63,893 nucleotides of DNA, filler included, from Choristocarpus tenellus KU-1152 (GCA_964200185.2; 12 parts of 12 records of this genome joined end to end with filler, not necessarily neighbours in it), one strand, 5' to 3'. Positions 22,200 to 36,002 are shown, counted from the first letter of the whole stretch. The notes: generated by a model from the sequence alone, not told the origin. Numbers and translations: made by a program.

Positions 22200-24350
22200 T
22201 GCTCCATTGGACGCCATCGTGCAGTAGAAGGTCTACGGTTCATCGTCCCAGAGATGCTTGCTGAACGGGTTCATCATGTCCCACCTTCCACTCTCTCACC
22301 ATGTCCTGTATCGATGACGCCTTTGAAACCACCACTCTCTGGACTGTATCGAGCACTTGGCAGAACAATGTGAGAGAATCTCGCGAAATACCTGGAGGAA
22401 ATGGTGAAGTGATGAAGTCTCACCAGGAGGGTAGAAGCGTGGAAGTGCTTATGTGACAGACTATGAGGCACCCATGGTGAAGGGAGTCACTTGCTAGAGA
22501 AAAACCGTAGACCACGACATTCTAACTCACCACTGGATAGACTATTGTTTGGAGTGTGGGGTAGATTATTGCCTTTAAGGACCAAGGGTGAAGGATTCAA
22601 TGAAATGAACCTGGGCACTTGTAGGGTCTTGTAACAAGTATGGAACGCTTGGAAGCCTCAAGCCCGCAAAAGTCATCCAGGATGTGTCCAACCGTCGATG
22701 GTCCACCTATTCCATGGGAGCACTTCCTGTACCTCAAAGTCTGCCATCATTTTCACGAGAAAATTAATGGTCAGCCCACTCACCTTGATATTTTAGTAGG
22801 TGGTAAGAAGTTGAAATGGAGGTCAAATAGAAACTAGAGGTGCCGATAGGAGGAGGAAACTCACGAAGTCTCACCTGTTGAAGCCTTGACGTATGTGCCA
22901 ATATATTATGTTGATCCCCAATCACACCACCTCGCTTCACAAATCAAACTGTGTGTCAAGTCACAAACTAAATTATACATCGAGTAAAGATCCGTCTCTA
23001 ACGGACGTACGCATTTAATTTTACTCCCCAACCAACTATTTCCCATCCTTTTCACTTGACATTTTGCTTTACTACTCTGGTGTTGGGTCTAGTAACATTG
23101 TTATTTAGGCCCTAGATGGAATATTGTAATGTGCTCGAAGGCAACACATACATCTGCGGTAATGTCTCTAATCATCCCATTTATCTACAACATATTAGGA
23201 AAGAATATGTTTTAAGCATACCATCCCCAAATACCTGTAGTGCCTTTAATTGTCATCATCCCCGAATACTGAATATATGGGAGCAAAAGTTGCCGTGTGG
23301 ATGTCGCAATAGTAATGCCAACTGATTTTTATAACAACCTTGGCATATAGAGGAACGTTGCCCAGTACTCCGAGAGTGAGTATTGGCAGTCCAAATAGAT
23401 ACAAGGGGAAGCAGATCCTGGCACATGTCTGGATCCTAGGATGGGAACTATTTTCGTGATTCTTGACAAACGAAAAAAGAAATTTGGTGTAAGTGAGGTT
23501 GGAAGTTGTAGACAACTGACAGTAGGGAGAGATTGGTAACTGTGGTGTGGAGCCTAGTCCATACTCACACTATACCCACCTCGAGAGGTGGCACCCCTCC
23601 AGGAGAAATTACAAGAGTTTACAAGAACTTCCCACACAACGTGTGGGGGGAGTCCAGCTGGTAGACTTATTATACCCACATTCCTTCCAATCCACAACAC
23701 TAGAATTTAGGAGTGTTGCAAGACTGCTGTGAACAACCTGCTTTGAGTATCCAAATTCGATGTACCTTGTCCCTACTAATAGTGGTGCCACCCAATCAAG
23801 TAGGATTATTTTCCCTGTTCTCTCTCCTTCCCTGAACAGCTGCTCAACTCTTCAACCCCTTTTTCACCCCAAACCGACCTATGCTAGTGTGGCTGAGTCA
23901 TTCCCATGCAGCATTAATTGCAAACTTTGTTCCCATCTCGTTTCGAAGTCTGCATCTTAATACCAGGACACCGAAAACCATCCCCATTGCCCTCCACAGC
24001 ATCAAGCTGCACTGTGCAGATCTGACTTGACTTGTCCATTGTGATTTGCCTTACCCGAGAGGAGATGCTTGGCATGGGGTTGAGTACGGCTTTCTGCTTG
24101 AACGCCCTCGTTTCGGGGAGGGGAGAGAGCTCCACAGTAAGACCTCCTGAGATTCTTGATGTTTTGACCGAATTCAGGCACCTCAGGGCCAAATTGGACC
24201 AGCATCTGCACAGGGGCACCATTTGGTAGAGAGGGGCAGTACAAAGGTTATATCCACGCCGCATTAATACCTTCACCATATGCCTCGTAGTAGGCATCAC
24301 TCTACTGATATGCAAAACTAGGCAGTCCGAATTTGATGTCATTGCTCTAC
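22200..24350 (-). mobile_element. Degenerate non-LTR retrotransposon ORF2 remnant
   Basis: Ordered faint motifs on the minus strand: LPISP, LYAKVV (~LYADD), YIGT (~YLG), then CSHG..TVGHIL (~CCHC knuckle) and PFTMGA. Many stops. Confidence 0.3.
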
Positions 24351-24988
24351 TTGAGGCACTAGAGCATGCTATTTACATGCACTGCAAAGAGCTACAGTAT
24401 TCCAAATATATATATATATATATTTCTTTTTTTATCTGCAGAGTGCTGTAGAGATACTACGACGCATGAAATCATTGTATCCATTCATACTCACCGCTAC
24501 ACTCACATTGGTTTGAGCCAAACCAATTTGACAGGGTTGCATTTTACGGATCCTGAGAAAGAGCAAAGGGACGTCATTTTTTACAATGACAGAAGGAGTC
24601 TTAGCTAAATTATGGAGTCATTTTGTATGTGGAAAAGGGGACTATCAACTATACTTCCACAATTGTGCACATAAAGCAATGGAATAGAGTGTATTGCCTG
24701 GGGTAAGAAATATTGCTTAGAATGCAAAGTGTTCAAACCTACCTACCTCTCAATTTGTTTGGTCGTCGTATGCGACTATCATGTTTTTAATCCAACAGAA
24801 GTTACTTCAAGCTACCACAAAGTAGTCACTACCCTGATGTGAACTATCTTTCCTTATATTCTTGAACTATTGAAGAACCTGAAAGGGAAAAAACACCAAC
24901 GCTGGACGAGTATTTTTGCCTCAAGAGGCACAGGGATTTCATAATCTGGTGCCAAACAATAGACCAGAAGCTATTCACAACAGTGTTA

Positions 24989-25084
24989 GACCCAAAGTAC
25001 CTGGGGGGGGGGGGGGGGGGGGGGGGGGAGAACAAAGGGGTTGTGGTGGGGGGGAAAGAGGGAAAAAAGAAATTAAAAACAACA
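24989..25084. mobile_element. MITE family B terminus at contig end
   Basis: gacccaaagtacct-poly(G). Confidence 0.7.
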
Positions 25085-25184
25085 NNNNNNNNNNNNNNNN
25101 NNNNNNNNNNNNNNNNNNNNNNNNNNNNTTAATTAATTAANNNNNNNNNNNNNNNNNNNNNNNNNNNNNNNNNNNNNNNNNNNN

Positions 25185-25254
25185 ACTACTACTACTACTA
25201 CTACTACTACAATTACAATTACTACTATTACTACTACTACTACTACTACTACTA
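25185..25254. repeat. (ACT)n microsatellite
   Basis: Directly visible at the contig start. Confidence 0.9.
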
Positions 25255-26394
25255 TCTTCACCTCGTCTAGGAAGGGATCACACAGAGAGGGAAGGCTCTC
25301 TTGTCTGCAAGATTTCTTTTCTATTTTATCGAAACTGCAAACAAAGAATCTAGACTCTCCCCATAAACGTACATGTGTTTTACTGTATTATATTATTATT
25401 ATTATTACTGTTATCATTGTATATTTTATAGTAGTATAAGCACTGTTACTATTACTATTATCACTGTATATTTCAGTAGTATTAGCACTATTACCATTAC
25501 TATTATCATTTTATATTTTATTAGAAGTAGTACAATTAATGGGGGGGGGTTCAAACCCAAAGGACTTGGGGTCTTGCAAATATATATATATATATATATT
25601 GAGATAAAGGAGTACAACAACATCACACTAACTTACCACATCATACAAACAAAGGTATATATATATATGAATCTTCTTACCACATCATACAAACAACAAA
25701 GGTATACATATTCATTCATCTTCTTACTACATATATATACTTACAACTCTTGACAGTTGGAGGCTCAAAGGCAACAAAGCACCATACTCAACAGGGTCCT
25801 TGGAGGGGAGTACAGGGCAACTAAATATGAAAAAAATAAAACAAAATAAAACATTAAACAAATAATACAGAGAGAGAGAGAGAGAGAGAGAGTCGACCAA
25901 CAACAGGGGCAGACAAAAAACATCTCAGAATACTAAAATAATATATACACTTTTAATTATTCTTATTTCACTCTCGAAAGAAAAGAACAGAAAGAAAATA
26001 GAACCAAAAAAAGTGACTCCCCCTCGTGTGTGTTAACTTAAAGAAAAAACAAAAGAAAATTCGCAACAAGAACAAGAACAAGAAGGGAAATAAAAACAAA
26101 AAACGGGGGGGGGGAACAGAAAACAATACACAGCGGGTCGATAAATTGGTTTCATTGATGGCAGTACTAAACAGAAAATAAATAAAATATATTGTTGAAT
26201 TTGAGATGGGATAGGATAGTCTCGAACATTTGTTTTTTTGGACTGCAGTAAAAATGCCACTAGGTAGTAAAACTCCAGTTGCTACAAACTACTTCTTTTT
26301 TTTTCTGAAATATTCTTCTAAAATTTATTTCCCCTACTGTGTTATCACCCCACCTTGAACACCAAGTAAGTCTCTATCCCCTCTCTTATATTCA

Positions 26395-26790
26395 TCGTAT
26401 TGCTCCAGGGCTGTCTTGTTTCGACCTAGAGCACTATCAATACATAACAAATGGAAATAAACATAACACTGTAGTAGAGCATATTGCACTTCACCTCATC
26501 TACCTCATATTGCTCCAGAGCTATTGCAAATTGCCCTAGAGCACCATCAATACATAATGCTTAACAACTAACAGTGCGTATTATGCTTCACGTCATGTAC
26601 CTCACATTGCTCCAGACCTATTGCAAATTGCCCTAGAGCACCATCAATACATAATGCTTAACAACTAACAGTGCGTATTATGCTTCACGCCATGTACCTC
26701 ACATTGCTCCAGACCTATTGCATGTTACTCCAGAGCACTATCAACACATATCAAACACCAAACCAACACTGCATAGAAATACTTCACCTC
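26395..26790. repeat. 97-bp tandem repeat, ~3.5-4 copies
   Basis: ctagagcac/ccagagcac anchors at 26426, 26536, 26633 and 26730; the two central copies are almost identical. Confidence 0.85.
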
Positions 26791-26955
26791 ATCAAGCTTG
26801 ATCCCCTGGAGTGTCAGGCCTTGCGATGAATCGATACTAAACTCATCATCCCCTTCCACATTCCCCGCCTCAAATAGATGGGTCGAATCTGTCATTCCTG
26901 AGGCTGATTTCGTTGACGATCTCACTTCTAAACTGCCTGCTGGGCAATTCTTGAC
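26788..26955 (-). CDS. Candidate internal exon of an unknown gene (56 codons)
   Basis: Acceptor ..tgattgatgtcag, donor gtgaag, phase 0/0, open frame VKNCPAGSLEV..QGIKLDE; GC-richer island in an AT-rich contig. Confidence 0.45.
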
Positions 26956-27183
26956 CTGACATCAATCAAGCAATCACAAAAGAAATATATAAATCAAACG
27001 GAATCAAATCAAACAATAAAAATATCCACATCTACTACACACTCACCAAATCATATCACAGATCATCATATCACCCTTCATTTCAAAATCAATCCTGCCT
27101 CCATTGTCCACACAAACACACACACAAACACACTTAAAGACAAAAAAAAGAAAAAAAAGAAAATATATATATATATATATGTA

Positions 27184-27372
27184 AGCTCAAAGTATGTGGG
27201 AGGGGTGGCGGCTGTCCATTTGGGGTCAATTTTTCATGTCGTGATTTTTGGGGGATTTGGTTGCATAACGTTGGTGGATGGATAGTGAAAGTGCACTTTT
27301 CCTGGTGTTGGTCCAAATGGACACTCTGGTGTAGACCCCTCCCCCCCCCTCCCCCCCCAGATACTTTTGGTC
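27184..27372 (+). mobile_element. MITE family B full-length copy (TSD not preserved)
   Basis: agctcaaagtatgtggg...cccagatacttttggtc; colinear with 30017-30200 and 61518-61694. Confidence 0.85.
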
Positions 27373-27704
27373 AATACATATGCATAACGCCTTCATATAC
27401 AATACAAGACAGACATGAAAAGACCTCTCAGTATTCAGGTACACCTTCTGGATTCGAAAGATCGTGTGTGTACATCACTCAGGTGAGCACAAACATTTTT
27501 TTTTTAAATCGAAGAAAATTCTGTGAAAATTCTGTGATCTCGGGAATGTTCTTACACGTCAAAAAAACAAAAACATCATCCCAAAAATCGAGTCTGGATG
27601 TCCTCCACTGGCTCTCACAACTGTACCTGTTTCAGAATACAAATAAATAAAATATAAAAAGGGTTTTCCGCACACACCAAAAAATAAAAATATACAAAAA
27701 ATGA

Positions 27705-27932
27705 AATATAAAATATGCTGCTATAACCAGAGGGATATAATAAATAAAATATACTGCAATAAAAACAGAGTAAAAATAATAAATAATATATACTGCAATA
27801 AAAGCAGAGTAAAATAATAAATAATATATACTGTAATAAAAGCAGAGTAAAATAATAAATAAAATATACTGAAATTAAAACAGAGCAAAAATAATAAATA
27901 AAATATACTGCAACAAAAACAGAGCAAAAATA
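27705..27932. repeat. AT-rich ~37-40-bp minisatellite, ~6 copies
   Basis: atatactg(c/t)aataaaa..cagagtaaaa.aataaat repeated. Confidence 0.85.
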
Positions 27933-28014
27933 GGTACACGCACCTACGACTCTGTCCAAGACGGGAGGTGATGTGATACCTTCATGTGATACCTTCATGT
28001 GTCTTACACCCACG

Positions 28015-28179
28015 GTTATCAACAATCAGATTTTTTTTTAAATATCACTCTCCCGGCATTTATTTCTCAGGAGAGAGTATATAATAGTTATCAACAATCA
28101 GATTTTTTTTTAAATATCACTCTCCCGGCATTTATTTCTCAGGAGAGAGTATATAATAGTTATCAACAATCAGATTTTT
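28015..28179. repeat. Perfect 72-bp tandem duplication (2.3 copies)
   Basis: gttatcaacaatcagattttt at 28015, 28087 and 28159. Confidence 0.92.
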
Positions 28180-28421
28180 ACACGCCGTTCATGAAAAAAA
28201 ACAATGAAAGGTAAGTCATTTTTGTTTGTTTGTTTGTTTGTTTTTCTAAAACAGCAAAGATAAAACGAAACAGATATATATATATTTTATATATATACCC
28301 AAAACCCCTTCGAAGCGACCCAATCAGTTCTCATAAAATAGAGTAAGATTAATAAAAAGTAAAAGAAAAGTGCACACAGCACAGCACACCTTCACGTGTG
28401 GGGTAACCTTAAGATTCTCAT

Positions 28422-28541
28422 GGCTCAAATTATCTGGGGGGATGGGGATGGGGGGGGGGGGGGGGGGGGGGGGGGGTTTGTCCCTTCGGGGCCCCTTTTT
28501 CCTTGTCCAGATTTTTGGGGGTTTGGGTTTCACCCACAAAA
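28422..28541 (+). mobile_element. MITE family B left part at contig end
   Basis: ggctcaaattatct-poly(G), then a degraded family B interior. Confidence 0.65.
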
Positions 28542-28641
28542 NNNNNNNNNNNNNNNNNNNNNNNNNNNNNNNNNNNNNNNNNNNNTTAATTAATTAANNN
28601 NNNNNNNNNNNNNNNNNNNNNNNNNNNNNNNNNNNNNNNNN

Positions 28642-28723
28642 TAGCCAAAATCACATCAAAACCGTAACATTGGATTTTGGTCCCCAATTGGACGTGGCTC
28701 TACCCTCTAAGATATTGTGGCTC
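28642..28723 (-). mobile_element. MITE family A left arm at contig start
   Basis: tagccaaaatcacatcaaaaccgtaacattggatttt..ctaccctctaagatattgtggctc. Confidence 0.85.
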
Positions 28724-30016
28724 CGGAGCTAACATCCAGATATTCGGCTAGTACAGGAGCTTCATGTGAAAGATCTATCTATCCACACTGCAGTCGAAAA
28801 AAGGCTGAATCCATTTCGATAGGAGAGAGTGTGGCGACCAGTAGATCGCATGTGCCCAACATTCTCGACATTTCCATTGGATGGTGTCTTGGGTTGCCGC
28901 TATCCTGGAGTATAGGCGCGACTTCAGTTGCGATAGGTCCCACCCCTATGTCCAGGAAACGAAAGAGGACTCTGATCGTCGCACGCGCATAACTACATTG
29001 GTCACCAGGTGCAACCAGTACTGTCTGGGAGACATAGGCTTCCGGAGTGCCGACGCCGCATTACAGACGGCTATTAAGAGGAGGGTAGCTGCCAAGATAA
29101 ACGCATTCCTCAAAGAAGCTTGGGAGGACACACACATGGAAGCCGGGATGAGTATAGACTCACCGACCAAATCTCCATCCAGTTCTTCGATGTGACCGCC
29201 ACCCTTGCGTACATATGCTCGGGAGAAGGTGAGGTTCTCACGGCTCCTTCCACAGGAAACGATTCGTGAAACAATTGTGAAGCATTGCCTACTTTTCGTC
29301 GCCCATATCCATATTGATTCCGTGTCGGTGATCTAACCAACCCAACCCCTTTCTTCCCCTCATTATGCTCCACCAGAGACAAAAGAACTGGAGGATATCC
29401 TTCTCGGTGTATGGAGAGAGCACAAGAAGCACGATGGGTCAAGTGTAAGCGCGGTGCACCCATCCCCACATTTGTACATCCAATACCCCAACACTAACGG
29501 TCCAACAATATCGTATTAACTCCTGCCTTCGCATACTGAGCTTGAATTGACGTTTTATACATGTGTATCGCTATCGACCCTATGACATACGCCATCAACC
29601 AACACACCCACTCCTGCTCCCACGTTCTTCTGTCCTGATCATGTCACCTTATTCTCCACACACCCAACGCACACCTGACTAGGACAAATTCGACTTTAGA
29701 GCGGTTCACATGTTCACTGTGCTGTGGTACGCTAACCCGGACGCCGCCATCGAATCTCTCAAGAACAGCTGGGGGTTCACACACACCTACAGGTTGAAGG
29801 TGGGTTAAACATTTCCAACTAAGTTGTCCCCACACGACGCCACACTTGACATAGGGCAGACAGTAATGAAGGAATTTGATGTGGTTCTGTCGAACGGTAA
29901 AGGCCATCAGTTTCCAAAGAACCCCAAGTCCGTAGGGTTCTGCTGCGCTACATGCATCCCTTGGTAACCCTTCTCTGATCGATTCACTGTTAACCCTAAA
30001 TCGTCCACATCCTCAA

Positions 30017-30200
30017 GGCTCAAAGTATCTGGGAGGGGGAAGCGGCTTTCAATTTGGGGTCAATTTTTTCGTATCGCGATTTTTAGGTGATTTGGTTGCC
30101 ATACGTCGGATGGATAATGCAAATGCGCTTTTCCCGATTTTGGTCCAAATGGACACCCTCGTGTAGACCCCCCCCACCACCCCCCCAGATACTTTGGGTC
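30017..30200 (+). mobile_element. MITE family B reference copy (184 bp, 4-bp TSD)
   Basis: ggctcaaagtatctggg...cccagatactttgggtc with perfect TCAA duplication (30013-30016, 30201-30204). Confidence 0.9.
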
Positions 30201-30886
30201 TCAAAACTTGTTCTTTACCGATCTCTTATAATGACACACCATCGCACATTGGATGTACATGTAGCTCACAGACGAGGTCAACGCGCAGTATTTCGCAAGA
30301 ATATGCACTAATGTCCTCGCTGGAGCCGGACTAGCCATCCTCACAGAGGGGAGACCCCCAAAGGCCATCACAGGCGCGACATTGTCGAGGTGGTTGCGCA
30401 CGTCTTCTCAGAGCAGGCAGCCAAAAAATCGCCTACTGACGCGCTACTGATGCGCTTTCGTTGACGAATGTTGTCGAGTCGGAGACATTTCCAGGGAGGA
30501 ATGGATAAGTCAATCTTAGACCGTGACGATTCAAGTAACGTATGGATGTATATGCATTTACCGCCCTGCTGACCCTGCAATAGCCACAAGATTTACCGTC
30601 TAGTTCGTGCCTCGCGAGACAAACGCCCATGTCATGCATATGACATACCGTTCCACTACCCATGTGCTTCTCCATGACAATTCTCCCACACACTAAGGGG
30701 CGTCCGAAACAAACGGCCCCCGGCCGACCAGGACAAAGGAAAGAAGAAGACAAGAGGAAAGGGGAAGAAAACCAGACCAGGGGTTGGCGATCCAGACCCT
30801 GCTTCTGCCGCCCAGGCGGACGAGGAGTGGGCAGCTCAACCCAGGAAAGTCCAATTGGCATACATAAGACGTATGCACACGAAAAA

Positions 30887-31143
30887 GAGCCAAAGTATCT
30901 TAGAGGGTAGATCCGAGTCCATTTGGGGGCCAAAATCCAATGTTGCGATTTTGATATAATTTTGACTATCGTGTTTGTTAGCAAGTGTCGATATTCATGT
31001 TCCGGTCACCTTTTCATAACATATAAACTTTACGTGGACATAAACATTTTTGAGTACGAAAAGGTCATGAAAGAACCCATGGGAAGCCAAGCCCCAAATG
31101 GACCAACAGGGCAAAACTCGTACCATCTAAGATACTTTCACTG
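30887..31143 (+). mobile_element. MITE family A full-length copy
   Basis: gagccaaagtatcttagagggtag...taccatctaagatactttcactg; flanks AAAA/AGAA (one mismatch). Confidence 0.88.
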
Positions 31144-32453
31144 AGAATGTCCTCATCAATAGGGCTGTCCTGGAGGTCGCCATGCAAGTGATGCACGAGC
31201 TCAAAAGGAAAGACGAGCTAGGGGTAGACCCCTACACCGATGCCTCCTCAGCAGGGTCTTCAGAAGAGGGTCCTCCAAAGGAAAAATACATCCTCAGCGA
31301 GGAGGTACTCAACGGTGTGTGAGGTTCATCATCTCATCTGTCTACCGTATTTGAGTTCGTATCAACCCACCTCACAATAAAAGCCCTGATCGCGCACATT
31401 ATTGTAACCCCATATAATCCACAGGTGAAAAGGGACCTCGTGTTGAGGGAGAATGTGGAGGACGGTACAAATTACCTGGACATCGTCAAATACTCTGAGG
31501 GCATTACCATGAACACTGGTGACGAACACACAGGCAAGCGATTATATCATTGTACAACATCGGCAAACGTTAACATCCAAACATCGTTCCCTACACCAAA
31601 CACACAACCTAGACCCTCACAGATCTTACAGATGTTGGACAGTTTGACAACGAACATTGTCACAGGATTCTCCGGTTTTATATGTTGCGAAGTTGCTCGT
31701 CGAACAGATTGATTCCTACCTTCACTGTGTTGTACCGATCGACAGAACCCGGAAAAACAAGGGAAATTATGTCACGGTTCATGTACTCTAGACCTATACG
31801 CATCCTCTTCATCCTATGTTACAAGCCCTACTTGTCCTCAGCCCCTGCCTCCTCCTCTGTATCCTGCCTCGCTTACTCCTTCTCACCAACCTCTACCTCA
31901 TCCCTTGTCTCCTAATGCTAACACCTCTTCTCGTTGTTTTGCCTCCTACTTCGCCACGTCCTTTGCCTACTCCTCCACCATCACAGAGATAACACGAGTC
32001 GCAAACATTGTGTGATCACGCCAGAAAAAAACACCTCGTCCGAGGACGATCTTGACAATTTCAAGTCCGAAACGAGCGCCACCCACGAGAGAGAAGTCGC
32101 CCTTCTCCAGACCCGACAAGGAGGCATTGTAATCACATGCACCGCCCTCGGGGACAACCTCGATCCGGATCGTATCCAACTCCTCATGGACGAACTCTCC
32201 ACCTTCCGCAATTTTGCGCTGGTGAAGAGACCGGTAGCTAGTAGTATATCCACGCCTATACCTTATGGAAGACCCAACCCAGAAGGTGATGAAGAGGAAC
32301 AGGATAACCTATCGCCTAACCCTCCAATAGATGCGGTAAGCGGGACACTACATNNNNNNNNNNNNNNNNNNNNNNNNNNNNNNNNNNNNNNNNNNNNTTA
32401 ATTAATTAANNNNNNNNNNNNNNNNNNNNNNNNNNNNNNNNNNNNNNNNNNNN

Positions 32454-34560
32454 GGGGAAGAGAAAGTTGTAGGAGCAAGGCTTCTCACCAGTCCATGCAG
32501 AACATTTACCACTGTGGTTGACAAGGCAAGGCTCATGAGCTGTGTCATGTGTAGCCCCATCCAGGATACAACGATGAAAAGGACATAAACTACCTGCATT
32601 GACAGAGCAGTTGGTGCAATAGAAAAGTGCACAAGGATGGGGGGGTGGGGGGAGAGATCATGGTAAGGGAAAAAATCCAGTAAGGAAGGACCAGGTGAGA
32701 GAGGCAAGTTCTCAGCAAGCAACCTAAGCTGCAATTTAAATAGTGAAAAGAAAACTGAGGTGCAGGGGGGTTGAAGGTGGGCAGGGGGGATGAGAGATAA
32801 TTTCAATTAGGTCTGTGCTGAGCGTTCAGCAACACTAGGATAAAGGTAAGGACAGAAATAATTATTGTGTCCACAATACCTCCATGTTGTACCATATTTA
32901 CAACAGGGATTCAAATTTTAGTCAGCAGAAGCGAGAGAGATTCCAACACCGGAATGTGATCTGAGCATATTCCATGCGCAACATACAGTCAAACAAAGCC
33001 AAAAACCCTCCCATATCTAGTCAACAGTAATTTATGTTTTCCTTGGAATTCCAGCCCTCCACATTTCAATTCCTGGTTACATCCCTGATCCACTGTCCAA
33101 TCAAAGAGAGCACACAACAAACACCTCAATAGGTTGGCTGTTGGCGCAAGGAAGATTCTGGTGCACTGGTTCTACCAAGACTGTCTTCCATTTCACACAG
33201 TACTCCATAGACTCATGCAATCCACCGATTGGAACAGAGTTGGAAGCAATAACTACCCCACAATTCTCCATAAGCTGCAAGGGACAACCCTCAGAAGTGC
33301 CCTCTCTGTTCGCAACCAATTTAATTTAAGCAAAAAAAATCCTCGTTCAGTATGACCTTTCAAAGAGCTATCACAAATAGCATGGGGTAACCATGATTAG
33401 TCACTTCCATCCCAGTAGAGTGTGCTGAGGAGGTTACAAAAACACTCTGCATCCAGGTACAGTATCATAATCGATGACAAGAGTGGGCCTACTTAGTACA
33501 AAATATTATGCAGGGACAAGTGCACAATAGATTATTTAAACAGCATGTGATCATGTCAAGGAATGACGCGCTACAGGTCATGTACCTCCCAAGTGACCAC
33601 TTCCATCAGTTGAAACCCACTCCCCTCTCCAAGTGCTTAAAAAAGATACAGCGGTCAAGTTCCTCTCATAAAAGCAAGATGCACGCCATATTTCCAATGG
33701 AAGAGGCCATGTGATGCTTCCCTATGACTACAGTATCGACGCCACGCAAGGGGGGAGATGACGCCCGTCTGCCATATGCAACCCATCCAGTCTCGTCCAT
33801 GTCTGAGGCAGCCACGAGGCACTGCCTGTTATCAGCACTACACTTCCCACAGCAGGGTTCAGAATCCAAATTTAAAACACGTAAACAAATCAATCTAGCT
33901 CGAGCCCCTTCTTCATTCTTATTGAAGGCAATCAATGACTCAACACAGTTGTACCTCTACATATATAAAAATGTAAACAGGGAACAGATAGAAAAATTAT
34001 GGCACCCCGCAAAGCGTTGGATAGTTAAATCACTGAGGTGTTCGGGTGGAAAGAGGACAATCCTGTGGAATAAACCAAGCTAATAGTGTCATTTTGTTAC
34101 CGTGGCATAATATTTGCCCAATCGGCGCCCCTTCCTAATTGACCTCATTCTCCCGCTACCCAACAACCCTTACGACTCACCCACGTGTACGAGTTCTCCA
34201 TCCACTCTGTGTTCTTGTTGGACATGCCCCCCGCCGATATGTCACCTTGAGAGGCGGCCCCTACGGTTCCTGCCGGAGCAAACTTTCTTTGGTACACATC
34301 CTCGTGGTCCGCTTGTGGCATGTTCAACCCCACGAAGCACCTAGGTAAAGCACCCAGGCAAAATGACTAGGTGAAGAGTGCCGAATCGCTGGCACCTGAA
34401 AGCAGTCTTCACCACCTTTCACCCTAGACCCTTTCGCCCTCCACTTGCGACGGGGTCGAAGTGCTTGTGACCGGATTGCTTTGAGCACGTTATCAGCGAT
34501 TGCACTTCGCTACGGGAAGGCGTTCGGTAGAGCGAGGAGAAGTATGAAAGAGAAAAGAAC
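32454..34560 (-). mobile_element. Degenerate LINE remnant
   Basis: Minus-strand fragments MILYLDAECF (~LDxxxAFD) and GTSEGCPL (~GxxQGCPLS) in the expected RT order; many stops. Upper boundary uncertain. Confidence 0.4.
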
Positions 34561-36002
34561 CAGAGAGAATACGAGTCATTGTTAATGCATCAAGAGTCAC
34601 AGAAGGGACTATAATAAGCCTTTCCAAATGCTTGATGTAATGTGGGGTATCACTTGATATACACAAACCTTAAGCAAGTGAGAAAAGTGAGGTAGGAAAA
34701 GCGAAATGGGGTCATTCAAGGAACTTCACTACTAAACCGTTAAGAAACTTCTTACCCTGAGGGCAGCACAAGTAGAAGGGACGAAGCAGGGAGGTGGAGA
34801 GACTAGCCACAGCACAACAGTGATTGAAGACTTTGCCCTCGTTTTTCATTTTCGTTTCGTGGGGGTATGCATCCACACACAGAGTGCGCGCGACAAAATG
34901 GAGGGGAGTTAATTAAAAAAATATATAGAAGAAAGATAACGAGTGAAATTCATATATTTGCGCGCGACGGTAAGAGGCACGAGAAAATGGATCCCCAAAT
35001 AAAATTATTGTACGTACGTAATTCGAGATACACAATGCTGTTATTCCCGTTCTCAACTGCTCCATATTGTTCTTTTCAATGAATGTTCACATTGAAATTA
35101 AAAATAGTGGTATGTAGGTAACTGGTATTATTTAATAATATCAATTAGTAACATTACCAAGATCTCCAAAAACATCCATATATGGGAAGGTTTCTCCTGG
35201 TTTACACTCTGAACCATAAAAACACTTGGTCATTACCAGTTTGTCACTATTTGCCCCTTCGTTCGCAATCATTTTTCCCAGCACGATGAGGCCCCCTGCG
35301 TGGTGCAAGAAAAAGGTGGAAATAGTAAGCAATCGTCCTGACGAAAAAAATACTTTCGCACCTACTTCCACCCGCGAAATGGACATATGGGAGCAAGGAA
35401 TTCCCTTCATCGCACCTTTTGATGAGTAGAAACGTTGGTAATGGGAGGTGTGGGATCTGTACTCTACTCAACGTAACCAGAGGGGCCAGATGGGAGTGTC
35501 TTATGCGCTCCTTTTATATTTCGGCTGTGTTGGTACTTCTTCCTCAGACGAACATGTGGGGAAGATGATATTCTTTCTCTCCTAAGTGTGCCTCGCAAGA
35601 ACATTGTCTAAGTGTTCCTGGGTCCTGCATCTCTCGTCGTAATATTTTCTTTCTCCTTTGCTTGTAGCATATCGGTCCAAAAAATTACACGAGGTCACGA
35701 ACATGTTGCAAATAGAATGACAAATATAATAATATCGATGTTGTGTAGTCCTGTGTCTCATTTGCAACAACCACAAATAATAATGGGCTGCTGCTGACCT
35801 TCCGCGACCAGGATCGGGTACTGCAGGGTGCAATTGTTCATAGATAGTGCTGCTGATACACTATAGACACCATCGGTGGAGTAGATTAGGAAATGCAGAC
35901 ACNNNNNNNNNNNNNNNNNNNNNNNNNNNNNNNNNNNNNNNNNNNNTTAATTAATTAANNNNNNNNNNNNNNNNNNNNNNNNNNNNNNNNNNNNNNNNNN
36001 NN

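Noticed and set aside
24441-24990. Exon-like segments with AG/GT sites
   Set aside because: Stops in all frames and no phase-consistent model.
35141-35480. GIPCSH as a SWIM zinc finger of a Mutator transposase (minus strand)
   Set aside because: The upstream CxC is missing and no other MULE motif was found; too weak to call.
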